Shown here one piece after another: positions 50,559 to 59,337 of a DNA stretch of 64,000 bases. This DNA comes from an uncultured virus (IMG/VR IMGVR_UViG_3300027906_004086) (lineage: Duplodnaviria > Heunggongvirae > Uroviricota > Caudoviricetes): IMG/VR virus record IMGVR_UViG_3300027906_004086; one strand, 5' to 3'. A model generated the notes under the pieces. That model ran no database searches. It was given only the letters and a program-made list of their open reading frames with translations, and was not told where the DNA came from. How positions within the stretch are numbered: the stretch's first letter is position 1; the number at the start of each line of letters is the position of its first letter. Position numbers and translations under genes: made by a program.

Positions 50559-51034
50559 GATTCGACTGGATATCCAGCTTCACCGGTGGCGTCTATGATA
50601 GAGTGATCCGCCTGAAGAACAGGCGCCACATCAATCTCGTAGTAGTTTGCCCATGCTTGGACAGTTAATAGATCTGGAGGGTATCCACTTCCATCTTCAA
50701 CTAGCAGCGTAACCCACAAGAATTCATCACCGTCTGGATCAAATCTCTCCTGTGTCTCTTCAACAATTGCAGCAGATACTCTACAGTATCCACACCACTC
50801 GGCTGAAAAGTCTAATAGGATAACTTTTCCTACATGATCATATAGTGTCCATGGCTCACCATGTTGATCTGTGAACGTAAAGTCGCAGGCTTTGTCACCT
50901 ACAGTACCGCCACAGTCGTCCCAGTCAATTATGTAGTCTGGTTCAGGTGCAGAATCGTTTTCTTTTTCTATAGGGGGCGTACACCCAGAAAGGGTGAAGG
51001 CAAGAAGGCCAGCAATTAGTTTTTTAAGGGGCAC
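50450..51034 (-). CDS. TlpA/thioredoxin-like lipoprotein
   Basis: LSGC lipobox; DFTFTDQHG, LDFSAEWCGYC, cis-Pro SWP. Confidence 0.85.
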   Translation of the reverse strand: MPLKKLIAGLLAFTLSGCTPPIEKENDSAPEPDYIIDWDDCGGTVGDKACDFTFTDQHGEPWTLYDHVGKVILLDFSAEWCGYCRVSAAIVEETQERFDPDGDEFLWVTLLVEDGSGYPPDLLTVQAWANYYEIDVAPVLQADHSIIDATGEAGYPVESWPMFIIVNRDMTIESGLRGWSEQLIIQMITDAIAG

Positions 51035-51105
51035 TAAATCTCCGCGCTATAATATTACATATTAGCGCGAATTGCTTTTCCTAAAATAATTCGTGTATTT
51101 CTTGT

Positions 51106-51930
51106 TTACGCAGACAGGATATTCTGTATGTAGCTGCGAAGTACAGCTTCATTTTTTATGTCGGTACTTCTTTTCTTAAGGGGGATCCCACAAGATGCGC
51201 TGTCTGCAAGGATGGTAGCAATCTCTGCCTTAATATCATTAGGGAGAGGAGGAAGTAAGCTGCTAAAGCTTTCGATGTCCCCATTGCATAGGTATCCCCT
51301 CATTTTGGTTCCGCTAATTTCTACAGTTGCAGTTCTAGGTACTCCAACCCCTGTAATTTTTGGGCTGGCAGAATTATTCCATAGCTCACCGTATTGTTGC
51401 GTCATCAAAGCCTCAGAGTAATTCTTTACAATATCTTCATCATCTGAGTATATGTTGATAGTCGTTTCACTAACTGTCGCTACTATATTAGTATGTGGTA
51501 CCTGGAATGTTTCTTCACCGGCATCGTATGCATCCTTTAGGGCTCCACAAACTTCGTGAATACTTCTGACAGGCGCTGGACTAGCCCCATCATCTGGGCT
51601 GATAATCTTTACTTTCGAAGGTAGGCTGAGGTTCGGTTTAAGCAGGTTGTTCCAGATATACTGCATGTCGGTACCAAATACCGGTGTTTCTCCTGCTTTG
51701 GGGACCTCGATTTTTCTTGCGCCTTGCTTGAGGGTCCTTGAGTCCGCTGGATCCTTTATCTTCTTTACACCTCGGCTGCTAAATGAAACGAACACTACAA
51801 CTTCATCATTCACCGGTAATTCTAAAGATCTAACCTCATCTGTAATTTCTGCGATTGCTGCAAGCTCCACCAGCATATGGTGTCCTGCGTGATAAGGTTT
51901 TGCTGACATAGGTACTAAGCCAATTTTCAT
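51106..51930 (-). CDS. HxGH nucleotidyltransferase (cytidyltransferase-like)
   Basis: KPYHAGH, ISGTKMR; C-terminal EAVLRSYIQNIL tag. Confidence 0.75.
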   Translation of the reverse strand: MKIGLVPMSAKPYHAGHHMLVELAAIAEITDEVRSLELPVNDEVVVFVSFSSRGVKKIKDPADSRTLKQGARKIEVPKAGETPVFGTDMQYIWNNLLKPNLSLPSKVKIISPDDGASPAPVRSIHEVCGALKDAYDAGEETFQVPHTNIVATVSETTINIYSDDEDIVKNYSEALMTQQYGELWNNSASPKITGVGVPRTATVEISGTKMRGYLCNGDIESFSSLLPPLPNDIKAEIATILADSASCGIPLKKRSTDIKNEAVLRSYIQNILSA

Positions 51931-52011
51931 GTTCTTTACTCCTTCCATCCATAATTATGTCTGATACACATTCTCTACTATCTTATTATAATAAGAAATG
52001 TGAGGTTTTAT

Positions 52012-52251
52012 ATGGATATTCCTAATAGAGTTGCTGAAGAGTTAACATTGATATCAACGGTAGCCGGCGAGGAGTCGCAATGGGTACCTATAAAACGTCA
52101 ACTTTTGTTATCTTTACCTCCTGAGCTACGAAAATTATTTTCTACTAGGGACCCAAAATCTAAAAGGCAAGCACTTAACGATTTTGAGATAAAGGTTATT
52201 AACATGTATGAGAAAATGACTGGAATTAAGTTGGAGTTATTTGATGAATAA
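52012..52251 (+). CDS. Hypothetical protein
   Basis: GAGGT RBS. Confidence 0.55.
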   Translation: MDIPNRVAEELTLISTVAGEESQWVPIKRQLLLSLPPELRKLFSTRDPKSKRQALNDFEIKVINMYEKMTGIKLELFDE

Positions 52252-53575
52252 GCGTTTACAAGAAGAAATACAGTTTCGAAAATGGGTACAATCTATTTTA
52301 ATAGAGGAGTACGTACACACCCAGGCATATAATAATCCAGATATTTTACTCGAGTATGTTACCTTACTAGAGGGCGGAGTTTCAGGTGATCCAATTGCTG
52401 CATTTGTTGATCCCTTTAAGGACGTGCTAAATGTAGCAAAGGTCGCGACAAAAGATCTCCTAAGTGTTGCTAGGTTTAACTTCGAAATGATAACCACCCT
52501 CAGCCCTTCGAAGCAAAAGGCCGCCCGGGAAAGATGGGAAGCCAGAAATAAGTCCCTGGAATCTGAATGGGGAAAAGCAATGGATCCTATTGACAAGGTT
52601 TGGGACACCGGCGATATGCAGTTGGTTGGTTTCATGTTAAACCCTGCTGGGTTTCTTGGTGCCAAGATGGCATCAAAAGGGCTCGATGCTGCTGATGGCA
52701 CTGTCGCGCTACTAGACGATGCTGGCTGGGGTATACCCTTTGTAACAGATTTTGTTCGGGGAGATGATGCTAAAAGCACAAGGCGAGGGAAAGAAAAATC
52801 GAAGACAAAGTCCGGTGGCGACGGTGTCGTTGACGTTTTAGGTACTGCTAAAAAGACGCTAGGCGACTTGGCGAAACTATTTTTTATTGCTCATCATGAG
52901 CCATCTGGGAATCTTATTTCTGAGGCCACCCCTGAAGAAAAGCCCGCAAGCGAAAGTAAGGGTGGCGCCGCAGCAGGGGTCCAGCAATATATGGATAAAA
53001 TGCCTGGACTCGAGAAAAAGATTACATCTGGTGCAAAGGAAATGCTAGATGCTAAAAAAGAACACGTTGCAGAGATTATGGCAATGTTTGAAAGCCAACT
53101 TAGGCTTCTTACATCGTTATCAAATGCCCATGACTTAGGCTCATTCATCGCTGCACTAGACACTGCAGCACAGGAAGGTGTTGACTTGGGAGGGGCAGGG
53201 CTATCTAATTTTAAGGGTGAAGTTGACGCTAACGTTGCTAAGGTTCTTAAGGATCCCGTTGCTAGAGAATCCTATGTAAAGACATATCTTGAAACTCAAG
53301 GGCAGGCCGTAGAGCCTGATGAGTCGGGTAAGCTTCCTGACGTGCCTGACAACAAACTTCAACCTGAAATTGAAAAAACAGTGTTCTTAGATTCGAAAGC
53401 TAGTGTCCAAGAGCAACTGTTTACTGGGACAGAACAGCTTAAGCAACAGGTTAGTGAAGAAATTAAATTAGGCACCCCTGATGAAGCAGACTGGCCCGTT
53501 ATTTCACAAACTTCAATGGGTGCAGAATATATTAACGTAATTAAGTCCTCCCTTCAAAAGGTGGCTAGCGCATAG
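52244..53575 (+). CDS. Putative head-associated hypothetical protein
   Basis: FRKWVQSILIEE tag; several LxE sites. Confidence 0.55.
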   Translation: MNKRLQEEIQFRKWVQSILIEEYVHTQAYNNPDILLEYVTLLEGGVSGDPIAAFVDPFKDVLNVAKVATKDLLSVARFNFEMITTLSPSKQKAARERWEARNKSLESEWGKAMDPIDKVWDTGDMQLVGFMLNPAGFLGAKMASKGLDAADGTVALLDDAGWGIPFVTDFVRGDDAKSTRRGKEKSKTKSGGDGVVDVLGTAKKTLGDLAKLFFIAHHEPSGNLISEATPEEKPASESKGGAAAGVQQYMDKMPGLEKKITSGAKEMLDAKKEHVAEIMAMFESQLRLLTSLSNAHDLGSFIAALDTAAQEGVDLGGAGLSNFKGEVDANVAKVLKDPVARESYVKTYLETQGQAVEPDESGKLPDVPDNKLQPEIEKTVFLDSKASVQEQLFTGTEQLKQQVSEEIKLGTPDEADWPVISQTSMGAEYINVIKSSLQKVASA

Positions 53576-53661
53576 CCACAGCGCTTTAACAACGAGTGTG
53601 TATTAGATATTATAGATTGAGAATATCTTTTTAATCGGTAATTAAATTAAAGGTAAAAAAA

Positions 53662-54024
53662 ATGAGCTGGTATCCAGAAATTTGTTATGAAGAATCAGAT
53701 GAAGGTGTTACGTCACGAATCCCCTTTATTCCTGTCCCTGCTGAGGAAGCTATGCCCCCGATGCTATTTGTTTTCGAGTCCCGGGAGACAGGCGAGTTTG
53801 AGCCAGGGCCCCAGGGAGAAGATCTTCCCGTTATCGAGCTAGACTTACATCAATATGCAGACATGGCAGTTTTAAAGAGTAAATTGTCCGCGGAGCATTA
53901 TGATGTAGTTCGCAATGCCTTGGGCCTTGAACCACTACGGCAAGCGTCTGAGAAGGGTGCAAAAATTACCCAAAACATCAAAGGTAATATAACCCCAGCC
54001 CAGTTTGAGTACGGTTCTGATTAG
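53662..54024 (+). CDS. Hypothetical protein
   Basis: 120-aa ORF with AAGGT RBS. Confidence 0.6.
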   Translation: MSWYPEICYEESDEGVTSRIPFIPVPAEEAMPPMLFVFESRETGEFEPGPQGEDLPVIELDLHQYADMAVLKSKLSAEHYDVVRNALGLEPLRQASEKGAKITQNIKGNITPAQFEYGSD

Positions 54025-54034
54025 TAGCATATTC

Positions 54035-54063
54035 TTGTAAAACTTCCCCACATATGGTATAAT
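54035..54063 (+). promoter_or_regulatory. Promoter TTGTAA-N17-TATAAT with extended -10
   Basis: Intergenic. Confidence 0.75.
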
Positions 54064-54097
54064 ATACACAGGTTTTAAACAACAACAGGGAGTTTAG

Positions 54098-54769
54098 ATG
54101 AGCTATCTTACAAAAGAAATGTCAACAAAGGCTATCTTAGATATGTCTGGGTTTCATAATGATGTAGTTTCGTGCTATTCCAAATATGGAATGGACTTGC
54201 TAGATAATCTTGGGCGCAGAAATATCGTGATGTCTCAAGCACAAGAGAAATTCTTTTCTGCATCACTTTCCTCAGCTTATGAAGGTGTATCTAACGATGG
54301 TAGGACTGGACAGCCAGATATTGTTATCGGTTCCCTTCAAAAAGAGCTTGAATGCAAGCTTACCAGCAAGCATAAGAGTGGCTCAATCTCCTTTCAAACT
54401 GATTATGAAACACTTTTACAAAAAGAGGTTCTAGATTATCTTTATGTTGTAGCCGATAGAGACTTTAAGTCTTTTGCCGTTCTACACTTCGAAGGCCTAA
54501 CAGTTGATGATTTTCGCCCTCCATCACCTGGGTCCAGGGGAAAAGTTGCAATGATAAAGCATAAGGCAATGAGAAAATGCAATATTTTGATGGGTGACGT
54601 AATTGATAAAAATGTTCTTGAGATTGAGAAAATCAAGAATAGGATCTCTACCCTAAGTGATCGTGCTGTTAAGACGAAGGAAAAGCTAGAGAATAGCTTG
54701 ACATATTGGAACGAAACTCCTACTAAATATTCTATATCTTTAGAGGAAGTTTCTTTACATACAGCATAA
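54098..54769 (+). CDS. PD-(D/E)xK restriction-endonuclease-like protein
   Basis: QEKFF...GQPDIVI...ELECKLT. Confidence 0.6.
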   Translation: MSYLTKEMSTKAILDMSGFHNDVVSCYSKYGMDLLDNLGRRNIVMSQAQEKFFSASLSSAYEGVSNDGRTGQPDIVIGSLQKELECKLTSKHKSGSISFQTDYETLLQKEVLDYLYVVADRDFKSFAVLHFEGLTVDDFRPPSPGSRGKVAMIKHKAMRKCNILMGDVIDKNVLEIEKIKNRISTLSDRAVKTKEKLENSLTYWNETPTKYSISLEEVSLHTA

Positions 54770-54812
54770 TTATGATATGGTTAGATTAAATAACTTTGTA
54801 GGAGAACTCCAC

Positions 54813-55394
54813 ATGCGTTTTGATAAGAATAGATTTGCTCTTTTAGCCGGCCTGGATGGTCGCGATGAGTATTTTGGTAAGACACTTCATGAAAATTACA
54901 GCTTCGGTGGCGTGGCTGAGGCAGAAGATGATTTAGATGCCGTTGAAGATGAAGATGAAGCCCCCATCGATGTTGAGGGTGGAGAAGAAGGTTCAGAAGA
55001 AGGTGCCGAGGAAGAGGCAGATGCTGGCGAGATGGTTTCGAAAGAAGAAGTTGCCGGCGCGCTAGCTGACGTTCTTGGTGTTGATTCTGAGGAGTTAACT
55101 GCATTGGTCACCGGTGAAGAAGGCGAAGCTGAAGAAGGCGAAGCTGAAGAAGGCGAAGCTGAAGAAGGTGGGGAAGAGGAAGAGGGCGGAGACGACCTAG
55201 ACCTAGACCTCGGAGAGTCAGATAAAGCCGGAGAGTCAGATAAAGCTTCTGTCGCAGAGGCCCGTATTCGAAGAATTATTCGAAAAGAGATTAATTCCCT
55301 GGTTAATGAGGCCCGCAGAAAAGATACCGAGGCACAGATTCGCCGCGCACGACGTAAGAAAAGCGTTTCAGCTTTAATGGGTTATAAAAAGTAA
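54813..55394 (+). CDS. Acidic putative head/scaffold protein
   Basis: RFALLAGL, EEGEA x3, GESDKA x2, IRRIIRKEINSLVNE; AGGAG RBS. Confidence 0.55.
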   Translation: MRFDKNRFALLAGLDGRDEYFGKTLHENYSFGGVAEAEDDLDAVEDEDEAPIDVEGGEEGSEEGAEEEADAGEMVSKEEVAGALADVLGVDSEELTALVTGEEGEAEEGEAEEGEAEEGGEEEEGGDDLDLDLGESDKAGESDKASVAEARIRRIIRKEINSLVNEARRKDTEAQIRRARRKKSVSALMGYKK

Positions 55395-55412
55395 CTTTAT
55401 TCTAGCACGCTC

Positions 55413-55441
55413 GTGTACACCCTCACTATTTGTGGTATGAT
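55413..55441 (+). promoter_or_regulatory. Promoter GTGTAC-N17-TATGAT with extended -10
   Basis: Intergenic, inside a hairpin. Confidence 0.7.
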
Positions 55442-55470
55442 ATATTGTACTACAAGGTGAGGGTTTTTTT
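55419..55470 (+). terminator. Long hairpin plus U-tract covering both promoter and RBS
   Basis: accctcac/gtgagggt and tttgtggtatga/ttgtactacaag stems followed by a T run. Confidence 0.65.
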
Positions 55471-55947
55471 ATGTATAAAGTTGGTCAAGTCCTTTTTATC
55501 ATCCTGAATAAGAAACAACAAGTTGTTCCGGTTCAAGTTACCGAGCAGGTTGTAAGAAGATCTCTAAACGGCGAAGAGATATCATATAGCGTTGCTGTTC
55601 CTGGGCGCGAAGATATGAAAAATATTGCTCTAGAGCAAATTGATGGTGAAGTATTTACTTCAATCGATAAGCTTAGAACCCAGATGTTTGAGCATGCATC
55701 TAGCGTAATTGACATGATTTCGTCTAAGGCTGTTAACGTAGCTAAAAATAGATTTAACTATGATCCAGATGTCATTGTAAGTGATGATGCGTTGTCCGTC
55801 AGCGATGTGCTGGTTAAACAAGAGCTAGCCCCTGATACCCAGCAACTGCCTGGGACACGAAATACTGACAATGAAAATTCTGTTAAGGTCGATTTAGGCG
55901 ACGGCACTGTCGCAAACGTAAAACTTCCAGAGATTCCAGGAGTGTAA
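55471..55947 (+). CDS. Hypothetical protein (SH3/KOW-like N-terminus)
   Basis: MYKVGQVLFII. Confidence 0.6.
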   Translation: MYKVGQVLFIILNKKQQVVPVQVTEQVVRRSLNGEEISYSVAVPGREDMKNIALEQIDGEVFTSIDKLRTQMFEHASSVIDMISSKAVNVAKNRFNYDPDVIVSDDALSVSDVLVKQELAPDTQQLPGTRNTDNENSVKVDLGDGTVANVKLPEIPGV

Positions 55948-55948
55948 A

Positions 55949-56743
55949 TTGAAGGTATTATTACTAGATGCATATAATCTAATGTACAGGGCTAGGTATG
56001 GGTTTGGGAAAGGTGAACACTCAACTATCTTTTCATTTTTTAGAAGCCTCCGCCCTTTGGTCGAGAAGTTCCAGCCTGATCAAGTGTACTTTGTTTTAGA
56101 GGGGTACCCTAAGAAAAGAATGGCACTCCTCCCAGAATACAAGGGAACCCGAGTATATGATGATAAAGATGATTTCCAGCGCCAGAAAAGGTATATCATT
56201 GATGTTATGAAGGAAAGCTTTCCAGTACATGTTGTAAGGCATCCTGATTATGAATGTGATGACGTTATTGGCAATTTGGTAGTTCATACCCACAAGGACG
56301 ATGAATGTATTGTCGTGTCAACTGATACTGACTTTATACAACTATATGATCAGGCTGACAATGTCAAGCTATATAACCCAGTACGGAAAAAGATCGTTGA
56401 TTCTCCTGAGTTTGATTATGTTACATGGAAGGCTCTTAAGGGTGATGGATCTGATAACATTGAGGGTTTTAAGGGGATAGGTGATAAGCGTGCTACTGCG
56501 TTAGCTTTAGATGAAGTTATGCTTGAAGGATTTTTGGGGAAAGATGATAATCAATTATTTTTTGACAGAAACTACACGCTGATTAGGTTTCATGATCTAG
56601 AGTCTGAGCTAGCTAGTTTAGAAGAAAATCCACCAGTGGTTGATTGGGACAATGTTAGAGAGAAGTTTTCTGAACTAGGGTTTTATTCTATGACTAATGA
56701 TAGGGCATGGAAGAAATATGTGGATACATTCCAGGATCTATAA
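55949..56743 (+). CDS. 5'-3' exonuclease/flap endonuclease (T4 RNase H or Pol I N-terminal like)
   Basis: LLDAYNL, YKGTR, YECDDVI, STDTDFIQL, GDGSDNIEGFKGIG. Confidence 0.92.
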   Translation: MKVLLLDAYNLMYRARYGFGKGEHSTIFSFFRSLRPLVEKFQPDQVYFVLEGYPKKRMALLPEYKGTRVYDDKDDFQRQKRYIIDVMKESFPVHVVRHPDYECDDVIGNLVVHTHKDDECIVVSTDTDFIQLYDQADNVKLYNPVRKKIVDSPEFDYVTWKALKGDGSDNIEGFKGIGDKRATALALDEVMLEGFLGKDDNQLFFDRNYTLIRFHDLESELASLEENPPVVDWDNVREKFSELGFYSMTNDRAWKKYVDTFQDL

Positions 56744-56778
56744 GTACATTTTATAAAATAACTAAAGGGGCAAAAACG

Positions 56779-56964
56779 ATGGAAAAACTAGTGTCAGGCC
56801 CGGACTTAGCCAAGCTCCGGAATGATGGAATAATATCAAAGAACGAGATTGCGGTTATCATAGGTGATGTATTGGTTGCCGAGCATGTTATCACAAAGAA
56901 CCGACGCGTCCTCGAGGCAGCAGGTACATTGTTGGAATCTAACAGAAGAATTTTGAGGGACTAA
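56779..56964 (+). CDS. Small hypothetical protein
   Basis: AAGGGG RBS; coupled to groEL start. Confidence 0.5.
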   Translation: MEKLVSGPDLAKLRNDGIISKNEIAVIIGDVLVAEHVITKNRRVLEAAGTLLESNRRILRD

Positions 56965-58601
56965 TGAGTGACGTAAACACGACTAAAGAGCTTCTTTTTG
57001 GGGCCGATGCAAGAGAAAAAATCTTAGATGGTGTTGATACACTGGCTAATGCAGTTAAAGTAACAATGGGCCCTCGGGGCCAGAATGTTGTAATCGAACG
57101 TACCGGCCGAGCACCTCATCTTACTAAGGATGGGGTAACCGTAGCCAAGGCTGTTAATTTAAAGGGTCGTTTCGAGAACCTCGGTGTTCAAATGATCAAG
57201 GAGGCTGCTGCCAGAACCGCAGAGGTTGCAGGTGACGGTACGACCACAGCTACCGTCTTGTCTCAAGCGCTATATAGCGAAGGCCTAAAGATGATAGCCG
57301 CCGGATACTCTGCGACGGAACTACAAAAGGGAATCGCTATCGGCACTGAGTTTGTAATGAACGCCCTCAAGGAATCTGCTGTCGATGTAACTAGCGATGC
57401 TGAAATTGTTCAGGTTGGCACAATCTCAGCAAATGGTGACGCTGAAGTGGCCAGGCTGCTGTGCGAGGCCATGAATGAAGTAGGACGAGATGGAACTATC
57501 GCAGTGGAGGAAGCAAAGGGGTTTGATACAACCCTGGACGTCGTTGAAGGCATGGAGATTGATCGAGGTTTTACTTCACCTTATTTTATTAATGATCAAG
57601 GCCGAATGGCTTGTGTCCTTGAGTCCCCCTATGTACTATTAATTAATAAGAAACTAAGTACTCTTAAAGATTTGCTTCCGGTCTTAGAGCAAGTGCACCA
57701 GTCATCGAAGCCTCTGCTGATTGTTGCAGATGACGTAGAGGGTGATGCGATGCAAGGCCTTGTTGTAAATTCCCTCAAGGGCTCGTTAAGTGTTTGTGCT
57801 ATCCGCGCACCAGAGTTTGGAGCATCAAGAGTTGCTGCACTGGGAGATTTAGGGACAATGCTTGACTGTGAAGTATTATCTTCAGCGACATCTGATGAAG
57901 ATCTCAAGGGCCTTACTATCGAAAGCTTGGGTAGGTGTAAGAAAGTAGTTGTTACCAAGTCTAGCACAACATTCATTGATTGTGCGGGTTCTGAAGACGC
58001 AGTGAAACATCGAATCGCTGAAATTAAGAAAACGCTAGATGATCCAACTGTCTCTGAGCAGGAAATGCAGGTGTCGTTACGTCGTCTTCATAGGCTAGCT
58101 GGAGGTGTCGCAGTGTTGCGGGTCGGCGCTGCAACCGAGGTTGCACTTAGAGAAAAAAAGGACAGGGTGGAGGATGCCCTGTGTGCAACTCAGGCTGCTG
58201 TCGAAGAAGGGATACTACCCGGCGGTGGCGTGGCCTTAGTTCGCGCTAGCAAGGTTCTTGATAAGATTAAGATAAGCAACGAGGTTGATGGTGTTGCTGT
58301 AGGTGTCGATGTTGTCCGTAGAGCATGCGCATACCCCCTCCGGCAAATTGTCGAAAATGCTGGAGGATCTCCCGAGGTTGTTTTTGAAAAAGTGAATCGC
58401 CTTCGAGGGAATAAGGGCTTCAACGCATATACACTGGAGTTTGTCGACATGTTAGACTCTGGGATTATTGATCCCCTTAAGGTAGTTAGATCTGCCTTAG
58501 AAAACGCTAGCGCCGTTGCATGTAGCCTTTTGTCTGTCGGTTGCGCAATGGTAGAAGATAGCGACGTAGTAGAAGATTTTAACTTATTGACTTCACCCTA
58601 G
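56964..58601 (+). CDS. groEL: Chaperonin GroEL
   Basis: VTMGPRG, TKDGVTVAK, AGDGTTTATVL, GGGVAL, IIDPLKV; no GGM tail. Confidence 0.97.
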   Translation: MSDVNTTKELLFGADAREKILDGVDTLANAVKVTMGPRGQNVVIERTGRAPHLTKDGVTVAKAVNLKGRFENLGVQMIKEAAARTAEVAGDGTTTATVLSQALYSEGLKMIAAGYSATELQKGIAIGTEFVMNALKESAVDVTSDAEIVQVGTISANGDAEVARLLCEAMNEVGRDGTIAVEEAKGFDTTLDVVEGMEIDRGFTSPYFINDQGRMACVLESPYVLLINKKLSTLKDLLPVLEQVHQSSKPLLIVADDVEGDAMQGLVVNSLKGSLSVCAIRAPEFGASRVAALGDLGTMLDCEVLSSATSDEDLKGLTIESLGRCKKVVVTKSSTTFIDCAGSEDAVKHRIAEIKKTLDDPTVSEQEMQVSLRRLHRLAGGVAVLRVGAATEVALREKKDRVEDALCATQAAVEEGILPGGGVALVRASKVLDKIKISNEVDGVAVGVDVVRRACAYPLRQIVENAGGSPEVVFEKVNRLRGNKGFNAYTLEFVDMLDSGIIDPLKVVRSALENASAVACSLLSVGCAMVEDSDVVEDFNLLTSP

Positions 58602-58615
58602 CCTAGCGAGAAGTA

Positions 58616-59083
58616 ATGGTGTTTCCCTGTGATAGCGAGATCTTTGTACATGAAAGTGTACTAGGTTCTGATTTAGCTGCAGTGATTGTATATCCTGATT
58701 CACCTCAATATGAGGTGGCAAAACTTCAATTCGAAACCTCAGGGCATGCTTTTTTAATACATGAACAAAAGATGATAGTGGTAGACGGAGATGTCGTAAG
58801 ACAAGATTGGTTTACTGGAGAGCATTTAGATGTCATTTTCGCACATGAACTTGGGCATTTTCTTGCTGAGCATGCAGTTAAGGAACATGGCAAGTCTCAC
58901 TATGAAATCGAACGTGAAGCTGATTTTCTCGGTGCCTCTATACTTAAGAGCCTTGGCATGTTAAGCTCTTATAATCTTCATGCTCAAGAGTATGAGCTTC
59001 GGTATGGATCAACAGTCGATGAGGATTTTGATCTTTTAAGCAAAAAAGTTGGTTCTTTGATGCAAATATGTGCAAATGCTTGA
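58616..59083 (+). CDS. Zincin metallopeptidase-like protein
   Basis: FAHELGHF...EREAD. Confidence 0.7.
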   Translation: MVFPCDSEIFVHESVLGSDLAAVIVYPDSPQYEVAKLQFETSGHAFLIHEQKMIVVDGDVVRQDWFTGEHLDVIFAHELGHFLAEHAVKEHGKSHYEIEREADFLGASILKSLGMLSSYNLHAQEYELRYGSTVDEDFDLLSKKVGSLMQICANA

Positions 59084-59098
59084 TGCCTGTGGTATAAT
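59070..59098 (+). promoter_or_regulatory. Promoter GTGCAA-N17-TATAAT with extended -10
   Basis: At a gene boundary. Confidence 0.65.
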
Positions 59099-59124
59099 AG
59101 ATACATAAGGTGGAAAGGAGACTA

Positions 59125-59337
59125 ATGGATTATCGAATTCCGGATTTTATAATAGAGAAAATTAGGGAGGCAGAACGCCTCAAACGTGAGCGTGCTTATC
59201 GAAGGCCCCAGCTTGAGATTCCAGTACCTCCACCTATTCCCTATATGGATCCTCCTGATGATGAACCAGAGGTGTCAAGAGGCCCAATAATTATTGATTT
59301 AGATACATATGAAATAACAAATGAGGATGAAGAATAG
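59125..59337 (+). CDS. Small Pro-rich protein
   Basis: IPDFIIE...RPQLEIP...RGPIIIDL; AAGGAG RBS. Confidence 0.6.
   Translation: MDYRIPDFIIEKIREAERLKRERAYRRPQLEIPVPPPIPYMDPPDDEPEVSRGPIIIDLDTYEITNEDEE

Noticed and set aside
55114..55248. Tandem DNA repeats (gaagaaggcgaagct x3, ggagagtcagataaagc x2; similar ones near 36140 and 38040)
   Set aside because: In-frame low-complexity acidic protein repeats, not regulatory arrays
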